Positions 24,585 to 32,000 of a stretch of DNA of 32,000 nucleotides are shown piece by piece (position 1 is the stretch's first letter; the number at the start of each line of letters is the position of its first letter). A model generated the notes under the pieces. That model worked only from the letters and a program-made list of their open reading frames with translations. It searched no databases and was not told the DNA's origin. The position numbers and the translations under genes are program-made. The stretch covers positions 1,140,001 through 1,172,000 of the forward strand of contig NC_010628.1 in the NCBI RefSeq assembly GCF_000020025.1, written 5' to 3'. Origin of the DNA: Nostoc punctiforme PCC 73102. GTDB taxonomy: Bacteria; Cyanobacteriota; Cyanobacteriia; Cyanobacteriales; Nostocaceae.

Positions 24585-25841
24585 ATGAAGGTTAGCTTGC
24601 AGCCTGCCTTGAATGATGGTAATTTAGACGCGAATCAACTGAATAGTCAACGTCAGTTGGGAATTTCGATTTCGGCGATCGCAGAGACTCAAGACCGCCA
24701 TGTGCCCCTGAATTTATGTTTAATTCTGGATCACAGTGGTTCTATGAATGGGCGATCGCTAGAAACGGTGAAAAAAGCAGCGAATCGTCTGGTAGATAGA
24801 CTTAATCCTAGCGATCGCCTCAGTGTTGTAGTTTTCGATCACCGTGCCAAAGTCTTAGTACCTAGTCAAAGTGTCGAAGATCCAGAAAAAATCAAAAATC
24901 AAATCAACCGCCTAGCCGCCGATGGTGGAACTGCAATTGATGAAGGATTGCGCTTAGGGATTGAGGAGTTGGCGAAGGGAAAGAAAGATACTGTTTCCCA
25001 AGCCTTCTTATTAACCGATGGGGAAAATGAACATGGTGATAATAATCGCTGTTTGAAATTTGCCCAATTAGCTGCTAGCTATAATTTGACTTTGAACACT
25101 CTGGGCTTTGGTGACAACTGGAACCAAGATGTTTTAGAAAAAATTGCTGATGCTGGTTTAGGGACTTTATCTTACATTCAAAAGCCGGAAGAGGCAGTGG
25201 ATGAGTTTAATCGCCTGTTTAGCCGCATTCAAACAGTGGGATTAACTAACGCTTATCTGTTATTGTCTCTGATGCCCCATGTCCGGTTAGCGGAACTTAA
25301 ACCTATTGCCCAAGTTTCCCCAGACACAATTGAGTTACCACTGCAACAAGAAGCTGATGGACGTTTCGCTGTGCGGTTGGGAGATTTAATGAAAGATGCA
25401 GAACGGATAATCTTAGCTAATATTTATTTGGGACAATTGCCAGCAGGTGAACAAGCGATCGCTAATGTACAAGTCCGCTACGACGATCCAGCCGCCAACA
25501 AGGTAGGTTTAGTTACACCAAATATCCCAGTTTATGCCCATGTAGTGAGAAACTACCAAGCAGATCCGAATCCCCAAGTGCAACAGTCAATTTTGGCATT
25601 AGCTAAATATCGCCAAACCCAGCTAGCCGAAACGAAATTGCAACAGGGCGATCGCTCTGGTGCAGCAACAATGCTACAAACGGCTGCTAAAACTGCTCTG
25701 CAAATGGGAGATACTGGGGCGGCGACGGTGTTGCAAACTTCTGCCACTCAGCTACAATCTGGTGGAGATTTATCTGAAAGCGATCGCAAGAAAACCAGAA
25801 TTGTCTCCAAAACAGTTTTGCAAGATACCCCTCCTCAATGA
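24585..25841 (+). CDS. von Willebrand factor type A (vWA) domain protein, paralogue 1
   Basis: MIDAS motif LILDHSGSM, then GGTAIDEGL and FLLTDGEN. The C-terminal helical region has the internal repeat GAATMLQTAAKTALQ / GAATVLQTSATQLQ. Confidence 0.9.
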   Translation: MKVSLQPALNDGNLDANQLNSQRQLGISISAIAETQDRHVPLNLCLILDHSGSMNGRSLETVKKAANRLVDRLNPSDRLSVVVFDHRAKVLVPSQSVEDPEKIKNQINRLAADGGTAIDEGLRLGIEELAKGKKDTVSQAFLLTDGENEHGDNNRCLKFAQLAASYNLTLNTLGFGDNWNQDVLEKIADAGLGTLSYIQKPEEAVDEFNRLFSRIQTVGLTNAYLLLSLMPHVRLAELKPIAQVSPDTIELPLQQEADGRFAVRLGDLMKDAERIILANIYLGQLPAGEQAIANVQVRYDDPAANKVGLVTPNIPVYAHVVRNYQADPNPQVQQSILALAKYRQTQLAETKLQQGDRSGAATMLQTAAKTALQMGDTGAATVLQTSATQLQSGGDLSESDRKKTRIVSKTVLQDTPPQ

Positions 25842-27118
25842 AAGTTAAATTGCTCTCGGCGTTAAATGACAATAATGTTGATATGGCTCAAACAAATAGC
25901 CAACGTCAACTAGCAATGACGATTTTTGCAATCGCTGGCGAGTTTGACCAAAATCTGCCCCTTAACCTCTGCCTGATTCTGGATAGAAGTGGTTCTATGC
26001 ATGGACAACCGATTAAAACGGTGATTCAGGCAGTGGAAGGATTAATAGATCGGTTGAAAGTTGGCGATCGCATCTCAGTTGTGGCTTTTTCCGGTTCTGT
26101 GGAAGTCATTATCCCCAACCAAGTTATTGAAGACCCCGAAAGCATCAAATCTCAAATTAAAAGCAAACTTAGCGCTAGTGGCGGCACTGCGATCGCTGAG
26201 GGTTTGGAACTGGGAATTACAGAACTGATGAAGGGCACAAGAGGAGCTGTTTCCCAGGCGTTTCTGCTGACGGATGGGCATGGTGAAAGCAGTTTGCGGA
26301 TTTGGAAGTGGGATATTGGGCGAGATGACAATAAGCGCTGTCTCAAACTGGCGCAAAAAGCTGCCAAACTGAACCTAACTATCAACACTTTCGGATTTGG
26401 TAATAGCTGGAATCAAGATTTGCTAGAAAAAATTGCCGATGTCGGTGGTGGTACTCTAGCTCATATTGAACATCCTGAACAAGCTGTGGAGCAATTTAGC
26501 CGACTATTTGGCCGGATTCAGTCAATTGGGCTAACAAATGCCTACTTGCTGTTATCTCTAGTGCCGAATGTCCGATTAGCAGAATTGAAACCCATTGCCC
26601 AAGTTGCCCCAGACACAATCGAGTTACCAGTGGAACGAGAAACTGATGGTAGCTTTGCTGTACGTTTGGGAGATTTGATGCAGGATGTAGAACGGGTAGT
26701 TTTGGCGAACATTTATTTGGGACAATTGCCAGAGGGGAAACAAGCGATCGGGCATCTGCAAATTCGTTATGATGACCCAATGGTTAACCAAGAAGACTTA
26801 CTTTCGCCCCTGATGCCGATATATGCAGATGTAGTGCGGGCGTATCAACCAGCATCTAATCCCCAAGTTCAACAATCTATTTTAGCATTAGCGAAGTATC
26901 GCCAAACCCAGTTAGCCGAGGCGAAATTGCTACAAGGCGATCGCACTGGTGCAGCCACAATGCTACAAACAGCAGCTAAAACCGCTTTGCAAATCGGAGA
27001 TAAAGGTGCGGCGACAGTATTGCAAACTTCCGCCACTCGCTTGCAAGCTGGAGAAGAACTTTCCGAAGCAGACCTCAAGAAAACTAGGATTGTATCAAAG
27101 ACCGTTTTACAGGAATAG
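25838..27118 (+). CDS. vWA domain protein, paralogue 2 (tandem duplicate; ATGA start/stop overlap)
   Basis: LILDRSGSM, GGTAIAEGL, FLLTDGHG. Collinear with paralogue 1 throughout, at roughly 65-70 percent aa identity by eye. It carries an extra segment of about 8 aa (ESSLRIWKWDIGRDDN aligned against NEHGDNN). Confidence 0.9.
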   Translation: MKVKLLSALNDNNVDMAQTNSQRQLAMTIFAIAGEFDQNLPLNLCLILDRSGSMHGQPIKTVIQAVEGLIDRLKVGDRISVVAFSGSVEVIIPNQVIEDPESIKSQIKSKLSASGGTAIAEGLELGITELMKGTRGAVSQAFLLTDGHGESSLRIWKWDIGRDDNKRCLKLAQKAAKLNLTINTFGFGNSWNQDLLEKIADVGGGTLAHIEHPEQAVEQFSRLFGRIQSIGLTNAYLLLSLVPNVRLAELKPIAQVAPDTIELPVERETDGSFAVRLGDLMQDVERVVLANIYLGQLPEGKQAIGHLQIRYDDPMVNQEDLLSPLMPIYADVVRAYQPASNPQVQQSILALAKYRQTQLAEAKLLQGDRTGAATMLQTAAKTALQIGDKGAATVLQTSATRLQAGEELSEADLKKTRIVSKTVLQE

Positions 27119-27142
27119 TAAAAATTCAGCGTTGCTGATTAA

Positions 27143-27265
27143 CAGTATGAAAGTTTCGCGCCACAGTTTTGGTTTTTCTGCTGGGGCATAATGAACGAAG
27201 GTGAACAGCCAATCAAGATAACCTACGATTACTCAAAAGACCATAGACCGGACTTAAAACAATGA
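27143..27265 (+). mobile_element. Remnant of an IS4/IS1634-type transposase gene (about 40 codons only)
   Basis: It translates to ...GEQPIKITYDYSKDHRPDLKQ followed by a stop. The I(T)YGYSKDHRPDLKQ block is a hallmark of IS1634/IS4-group DDE transposases. There is no remaining ORF or terminal repeats. Confidence 0.6.
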
Positions 27266-27496
27266 TGGTCTATGACTTCGCTACATTTTTCTATTGGGTA
27301 TAAATCCCGGTTGTTACCTTTATGACCTGGTTGACCCCCTCGCTTTTTGGTGTAGCAAATCCGATACTGACTTGTCACTCGAAAGAAGCTTTTGCGTCAT
27401 GTGTCATATTTTATGACACACTGTGTGTCCCTCGCTGACCTTAATTTCCTCTGCTACCCCTACTTATTGAGCCGATATATTTGGCTAACTTTCTTA

Positions 27497-27780
27497 ATTA
27501 GCAGTGGATTATTCAGATTTAGCTGGTGTGTGCGAAGTCTCGGCCCTAGCGTTTCTCCTGGTCACGGTTATACTGCCATCATTGCTGATTGTATTGGTCG
27601 GTTAAACCCATCAGGTATTATTTTATGCAGTCTTTTTATGGCACTTTTGTAAATAGCCAGCAAATTAGTGCAGATTAAATTAAGACTTCCTTTAGCTTTA
27701 GCTAGGATGTTTCAAGGTATTTTATTCTTTTTCTTTTAGCAGCAGATATATTAATTTACAACCGAGTAAGAGTGATATAA
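27497..27780 (+). pseudogene. Decayed 3' end of an ABC-transporter permease gene (NupP/YufP, COG4603-like)
   Basis: ...SPGHGYTAIIADCIGRLNPSGIILCSLFMALL, then TAA, then IASKLVQIKLRLPLALARMFQGILFFF, then a frameshift, then LLAADILIYNRVRVI and a stop. This mirrors the family C-terminus GYGFDGIAVALLGKNHPLGIVLSALLFGAL..GA..MQ...GVP..IV.VIQALIIIFVAA. It has one in-frame stop, one frameshift, and no N-terminal part. Confidence 0.55.
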
Positions 27781-27784
27781 GTGG

Positions 27785-27849
27785 TGAGTAGGGGAGCAGA
27801 GGAGCAGGCTCCCTTGTCTCTTCTTCATGCCCAATGCCCAATGCCCAAT
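27785..27849. repeat. Composite G-rich motif plus GGGCATT-type heptamers (complement orientation)
   Basis: ggggagcagaggagcagg at 27791-27808. ctcccttgtctcttcttcatgc (27809-27830) is the exact reverse complement of 3556-3577. atgcccaatgcccaatgcccaat at 27827-27849. Confidence 0.85.
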
Positions 27850-28792
27850 AACTAAATATTTAAGGAGATTTAATGTGTCTAATTATAAATTAGCGCCGTT
27901 CCTAAAGATAATAACTATTGCATTGATTGCTGGTGTAAGTAGTGTGGGTATCAGTCTGCTTGCAGGCACAACTAAACTTGACCGTCTGTTGGGAATTCAA
28001 AAGCCAAAAGGTGAGAGTGCTAAAACGAGTTTAGGTAGGGCAATGAGTGCAGATACACAGTCTATTACCCCAGCTACAGACCAGATGAATGAAGTACCAA
28101 AGACTTTTCAGGGAACAATTGTTTATCAAGCAAAACTAAAAGCAAATGAGAAAGTCATCGCCTTAACTTTTGATGATGGCCCTGGCCCAAAAAATACGGC
28201 GCAGGTTTTAGAAATTTTGAAGAAAAATAATATTAAGGCAACATTCTTCATGGTTGGAGAAATGGTGAAATATTTTCCCCAGATTGCCAAGCAAGTGGCT
28301 GCTGATGGTCATGTAATTGGTAATCATACATGGCATCATTGGTATTTTCAAATGGATGGAGCGACTGCGGCTAGTGAAATTGATCGCACAGCAGATATTA
28401 TTTACAAGACGACTGGAGAGAAAACTACTCTGTTTCGTCCCCCTGGAGGCTTTCTGAATAATGGACTAGCCCAATATGCCAGAAACGAGAAGTACGCTGT
28501 CATGATGTGGTCAGAACAGTCGGGAGACGCTGAACGTCGTTCGCCTCAAGTGCCAATGCTAGTCAAAAATGTGCTGAAATATGCAAAATCAGGTGCAATT
28601 GTACTGTTGCACGATGGGGGCGGTAATCGTTCCAAATCTGTCAAAGCTTTACCAGAAATGATCGCAGGTTTGAAGGCTCAAGGCTATCGATTTGTGACAA
28701 TTCCCCAATTGCTGGAAATGCAAGCTCAAGAAGAAAGTGCAGTAACGGCAGTATCACCTGTAATCACAAATCATGAAAATCCAGACCATTAG
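27827..28792 (+). CDS. Polysaccharide deacetylase (NodB homology domain), membrane-anchored
   Basis: NodB motifs TFDDGP, HTWHH, RPPGG, LLHD. One N-terminal TM segment (IITIALIAGVSSVGISLLAG). The ATG at 27827 lies inside the heptamer array. A likelier start is the GTG at 27875, 7 nt after AAGGAG. Confidence 0.9.
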   Translation: MPNAQCPITKYLRRFNVSNYKLAPFLKIITIALIAGVSSVGISLLAGTTKLDRLLGIQKPKGESAKTSLGRAMSADTQSITPATDQMNEVPKTFQGTIVYQAKLKANEKVIALTFDDGPGPKNTAQVLEILKKNNIKATFFMVGEMVKYFPQIAKQVAADGHVIGNHTWHHWYFQMDGATAASEIDRTADIIYKTTGEKTTLFRPPGGFLNNGLAQYARNEKYAVMMWSEQSGDAERRSPQVPMLVKNVLKYAKSGAIVLLHDGGGNRSKSVKALPEMIAGLKAQGYRFVTIPQLLEMQAQEESAVTAVSPVITNHENPDH

Positions 28793-28827
28793 CTTAATCA
28801 TCAGTGACAAACTAAACTATTGGGCAA

Positions 28828-29016
28828 CAATGCCATTGTTTCGACTGACAATGCTATTGCATCGGTCTGCATTAACGTTGCATCGACTGACAATGCTATT
28901 GCATCGGTCTGCATTAACGTTGCATCGACTGACAATGCTATTGTATCAGCTAGCAATGCTATTGCATCGATTGACAATGCCATTGTATCGGTCTGCATTA
29001 ACATTGCAGCAATCTA
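28828..29016. repeat. Minisatellite of 9 tandem 21-bp units (two alternating unit types; the 42-bp super-unit is repeated exactly twice)
   Basis: Units: caatgcYattgYatcgRYtga and cattaacgttgcatcgactga. 28849-28890 is identical to 28891-28932. It fills the entire gap between the deacetylase stop (28792) and the TamB stop (29014-29016). Confidence 0.9.
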
Positions 29017-32000
29017 AAATCGAGTTTCATACTGAACTTGGAATAGATTTTCATCCCCTAAATTAGTTGAGCCTCGCATCAAAATTTCATCATTGAGTCG
29101 ATAAAGGACGTTATAACGGAAAGACTCATCGCTAGAAAGAGGACGTGATAAAGAAGCAGAGAAATTTCTATTAATATTAAACACACCTTCTGCTGATAAA
29201 TTCAGAACTGAAGCTGTCTTTGTTTCATTACTAGTAGTAGGGGTAGGGAATATCCGAAATTCGCTGAAACCAACAGCTTGACCGATCGCAGTAATAGTTC
29301 CTTGTAAACCACCTAAAATGGTAGAACTAGCGAAGTTAGTCAGCCCTTGTCCTGCATCTGCTTGACCGAAAGAACCAAGAATCGAGCCACCTAGCAAAGC
29401 AACTATTTCTCCACGACTACGGCTAGGTTCACTTGTCAGTTCCAGATTGTCGCCTAGTTCACTAGCTGGCCCGTCCACTCTTGCTTGAACGCGAACGGTA
29501 CGTAAAGTACCGAAGTTAGTCGCAGAAACATCGCTGATTTCAGCAGACAATGGTGATTCCAAAATTCGGCTGTTCGTTGCTGATGCTTCCGGTACAATCG
29601 CAGTAAGCCGGACATCCAAAGTAGGGTCAAGTCCTTGACTTGGGGTAAACCGCGCAGTTTGTTCGTAGCCTCGCGCCAAAGCAAACTCAGTAGAAAATAA
29701 GCTCAGTCGTCCTCCTGTCAAACGAATCAATCCTTCAGGAAGTGGCTTGGCTAATGTACCATTGATGGTCAAGTCGCCTTTTGCCTCAAAGTTCAGTATG
29801 GGCTGACTTAATGCGGCTCCTCCTGGTACAAAGCTTAGTAGGGGCTCAGTGGTAACATGAATATTCTTGTCTAAACTCAACTTTAAATCTGCAAACTGTA
29901 CAGGTAAATTAGGTGGAGTTGCTGCACTAGTGCTAGTATCTCTTGTTGCAGTTACTGGGCTAGCGTTATTCTCTGGTGTTGTCAGTGCGCTAGCGCTACT
30001 TTGGGCTGTAGGTATAGCATTAGCGTTAACCTGTTCTCTATTTAGATTTATGACGTTAGTGTTAGCTTCTGTTGTAGCTGCTGATTTTGCTTTAGCAGTA
30101 GAGTTTCCAATAATTACCTGACCATCACTCAGCTTAATATCTCCACCAATTACAGGTTTTAGGGCTGTTCCGCGAATTACAACATCGCCGCCAACACCGC
30201 CTTCATACAGTCCTGCAAGCTTAAAGTTGAGTTTGTCTGCTATTGATATTGTCAAAGGATTCGCTGCGCTTGGCTGAGGATTGAGAATTGGCAGGATGCC
30301 TGATGCAGTTATTTGCCCTTCATTGTAAAGAGCTTGAATGTTCTTAACACTCACCGTACTACCATTAAATTGTGCTGTCCCTGTCACATTCGTTAGGGGT
30401 TTAGATAAAGCTTGAGCGCTAATAGTTGCATTGTTAACTGTGGCGTTTCCATTAATAGTTGGTTCGTTTAAAGTACCCTGAACATTTAAGTCTACTTTTC
30501 CTTGACCATCTACCCAAGTAACTTGATTATTAGTAAACAGATTTAATAGTGCCAATCCTTCATTGTTCACATCGGCGTTGATGCTGATTTGATTGCTATC
30601 TGGTTGCACCTCGGCAAATGGTAACGGCGCAGGTACGCTACCTGTAATCGTAATTGGTTGTGTTCCTGTTACTAGTAAGGTACTGTCGAAATTCAAACGA
30701 GCATTGTTGTAGTCAAAGTTCACCTGTCCGCTTTGTACAGGTTGCTGGTTGAGAGTCGCATTCGCCAGTGTCACATTCCCTTGCGCTCTGGGATCTTGTA
30801 AACTACCTCCTAATGTGGCATCAGCATTTACATTACCAGTGATATCTATGGGATATCTTTCGATAAAAGGTTGTAAAAGTGATAAAGGTAAGCTTGCTAC
30901 ATTCAACTTTCCAGATAGTTGCTCAGTTCCTAACTGTCCCAAAAATGCCACCAGTCCTTGATTGATTCCAATACTCAAGGGCGAAAGTGTGACTATTCCA
31001 TCGGCAAAATTGCCTTGAACAACGACTTGATTAATGGAGTATTCCCCCCATTTCCAGTTAGCACCTTGGAAATTAAAGCCGACATTCAACCCAGATTTTA
31101 ATGAGCCATTAGCTATAATTCCTCCACTCAAAGCACCCGTTAATTCTGCAAGGGTGGGCAAAGATAAGTCTCTTTTTGCCTCTACTTGCTGTTGTTGTGT
31201 TATCGATGTTGCAATTTTTGAAAAATATGCAAGCTGGGTGAGCAAATCTGCATTGGGCAAACTGATAGGCTTGGTATCAAGTACCTCTGCTCCAGCTAAG
31301 GTTGGAGGCTGCAACCCGCTACCAAAGTCTTGAAAGTCGAAGATATTAAATGCTTGTAAAATTCTCTCAATTCTGGCTTGGTCTAAGTTAGCTTGGAGTT
31401 GAAATTGCGGGTCATTCCCTGTTTTCACATTTCCACTTAAAGCGATGTTGCTATCTCCAATCCGCAATAGACCATTAGCCAAGCTAGCAGTGCCATCAGC
31501 ATAATTAATGCTGCCGCGAAATTCATCTGCTGCAACTCTGGCAACACGAGGCCCTGCGATCGCAACGTCTCCCACAACTGCATAATTATTAAGATTGACA
31601 ACTAAATTTCCTGATAATTGCCCCGCCAGAGGTTTCAATTGATTGTTAGGTAAAAAGCCCCCAATCAAAGCTATGGGAAACTGTTGAGCGTTGATGAGCA
31701 AGTTATCTCCCTCAGTTCTACCTGTAGTAACTGTCTCATCCCGCTTGACTAAAAATGAAGTTGGACGATAATCTGCACCCAGGTTAAGCGCAATCCTGTC
31801 TTGCTTCCCGGCTAATCGCAGACTTGCTCCTTGTCCTCCCTGAAAATTCACGTTTCCAGTTAAAAGTGGGTCAAAGGCTAAATTACTAACCTGGAAATTC
31901 CGCAGTCGGATGTTGCCATTAGCTTGCGGAACATCTGGAGTACCTGTAACTTTTCCATTAAAATCAAGTACCCCCGCTAACGCTACGTCTCCAGGAACTT
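29014..32000 (-). CDS. tamB: TamB/DUF490-type translocation-and-assembly-module protein (cyanobacterial TIC236 homologue), 3' portion; the 5' end lies beyond the window
   Basis: The minus-strand frame stays open from 31851 to base 31999, so the GTG at 31851 is not the start. The sequence is long and beta-rich, repetitive in Gly/Asn/Thr. The C-terminus ...FRYNVLYRLNDEILMRGSTNLGDENLFQVQYETRF is typical of the DUF490 end. Confidence 0.85.
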   Translation of the reverse strand, partial: VPGDVALAGVLDFNGKVTGTPDVPQANGNIRLRNFQVSNLAFDPLLTGNVNFQGGQGASLRLAGKQDRIALNLGADYRPTSFLVKRDETVTTGRTEGDNLLINAQQFPIALIGGFLPNNQLKPLAGQLSGNLVVNLNNYAVVGDVAIAGPRVARVAADEFRGSINYADGTASLANGLLRIGDSNIALSGNVKTGNDPQFQLQANLDQARIERILQAFNIFDFQDFGSGLQPPTLAGAEVLDTKPISLPNADLLTQLAYFSKIATSITQQQQVEAKRDLSLPTLAELTGALSGGIIANGSLKSGLNVGFNFQGANWKWGEYSINQVVVQGNFADGIVTLSPLSIGINQGLVAFLGQLGTEQLSGKLNVASLPLSLLQPFIERYPIDITGNVNADATLGGSLQDPRAQGNVTLANATLNQQPVQSGQVNFDYNNARLNFDSTLLVTGTQPITITGSVPAPLPFAEVQPDSNQISINADVNNEGLALLNLFTNNQVTWVDGQGKVDLNVQGTLNEPTINGNATVNNATISAQALSKPLTNVTGTAQFNGSTVSVKNIQALYNEGQITASGILPILNPQPSAANPLTISIADKLNFKLAGLYEGGVGGDVVIRGTALKPVIGGDIKLSDGQVIIGNSTAKAKSAATTEANTNVINLNREQVNANAIPTAQSSASALTTPENNASPVTATRDTSTSAATPPNLPVQFADLKLSLDKNIHVTTEPLLSFVPGGAALSQPILNFEAKGDLTINGTLAKPLPEGLIRLTGGRLSLFSTEFALARGYEQTARFTPSQGLDPTLDVRLTAIVPEASATNSRILESPLSAEISDVSATNFGTLRTVRVQARVDGPASELGDNLELTSEPSRSRGEIVALLGGSILGSFGQADAGQGLTNFASSTILGGLQGTITAIGQAVGFSEFRIFPTPTTSNETKTASVLNLSAEGVFNINRNFSASLSRPLSSDESFRYNVLYRLNDEILMRGSTNLGDENLFQVQYETRF

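Noticed and set aside
27392-27652. 86-aa ORF reported as a possible gene
   Set aside because: Its C-terminal part is a piece of the decayed ABC-permease reading frame, and its N-terminal part has no protein-like character. I annotate it as part of a pseudogene rather than an intact CDS.
28773-29066. Three ORFs (28773-29066 plus, 28801-29004 minus, 28820-29017 plus) over the 21-bp minisatellite
   Set aside because: All frames are open only because the 21-bp unit contains no stop in any phase. The peptides are exact 7/14-aa iterations, and the ORFs overlap the ends of two real convergent genes.
1-32000. Search for tRNA, rRNA or tmRNA genes
   Set aside because: I found no T-loop/acceptor-type signatures (GGTTCGAATCC-like) or rRNA-like conserved blocks by eye. 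Absence is not proven without tRNAscan or Infernal.

Overview
This window looks like a chromosomal segment from a filamentous, Nostocales-type cyanobacterium. It has many HIP1 octamers (GCGATCGC) and STRR-like heptamer arrays (GGGGAAT, GGGCATT, TTGGTCA/TTAGTCA). It also carries pentapeptide-repeat and WD40-repeat proteins and a clpR-clpP3 pair. The core genes I recognise are typA/bipA, tyrA (arogenate/prephenate dehydrogenase), clpR-clpP3, an M20 amidohydrolase, a J-domain protein, a NodB-type polysaccharide deacetylase, and the 3' two-thirds of a TamB/DUF490 giant protein. Several accessory or conflict-type elements are interspersed: (i) the 3' part of a WD40 gene with 13 near-identical blades, where variation is confined to a few codons; (ii) a RelE/ParE-type toxin-antitoxin cassette; (iii) an islet between typA and tyrA; (iv) an AT-rich, HIP1-poor Ser/Thr-kinase plus periplasmic-binding-protein module; (v) two tandem vWA paralogues; (vi) an IS-transposase remnant next to a decayed ABC-permease gene; (vii) a 9 x 21 bp minisatellite between two convergent genes. 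The typA-tyrA islet holds an orphan TIR-like (Cap12/PycTIR-type, PF10137-like) effector fused to an unrecognised N-terminal domain, a brnT/brnA cassette, and a DUF2281-like gene interrupted by in-frame TAG codons. The best candidate for an undescribed system is the cyclase-less TIR-like protein at 11960-13078 together with this islet. A second recurring signal is that three small cassettes (about 0.65-0.75 kb each) are each bracketed by 50-90 bp direct repeats that duplicate the end of an adjacent gene. I found no rRNA, tRNA or CRISPR array by eye. All family assignments come from motif recognition, not from searches.
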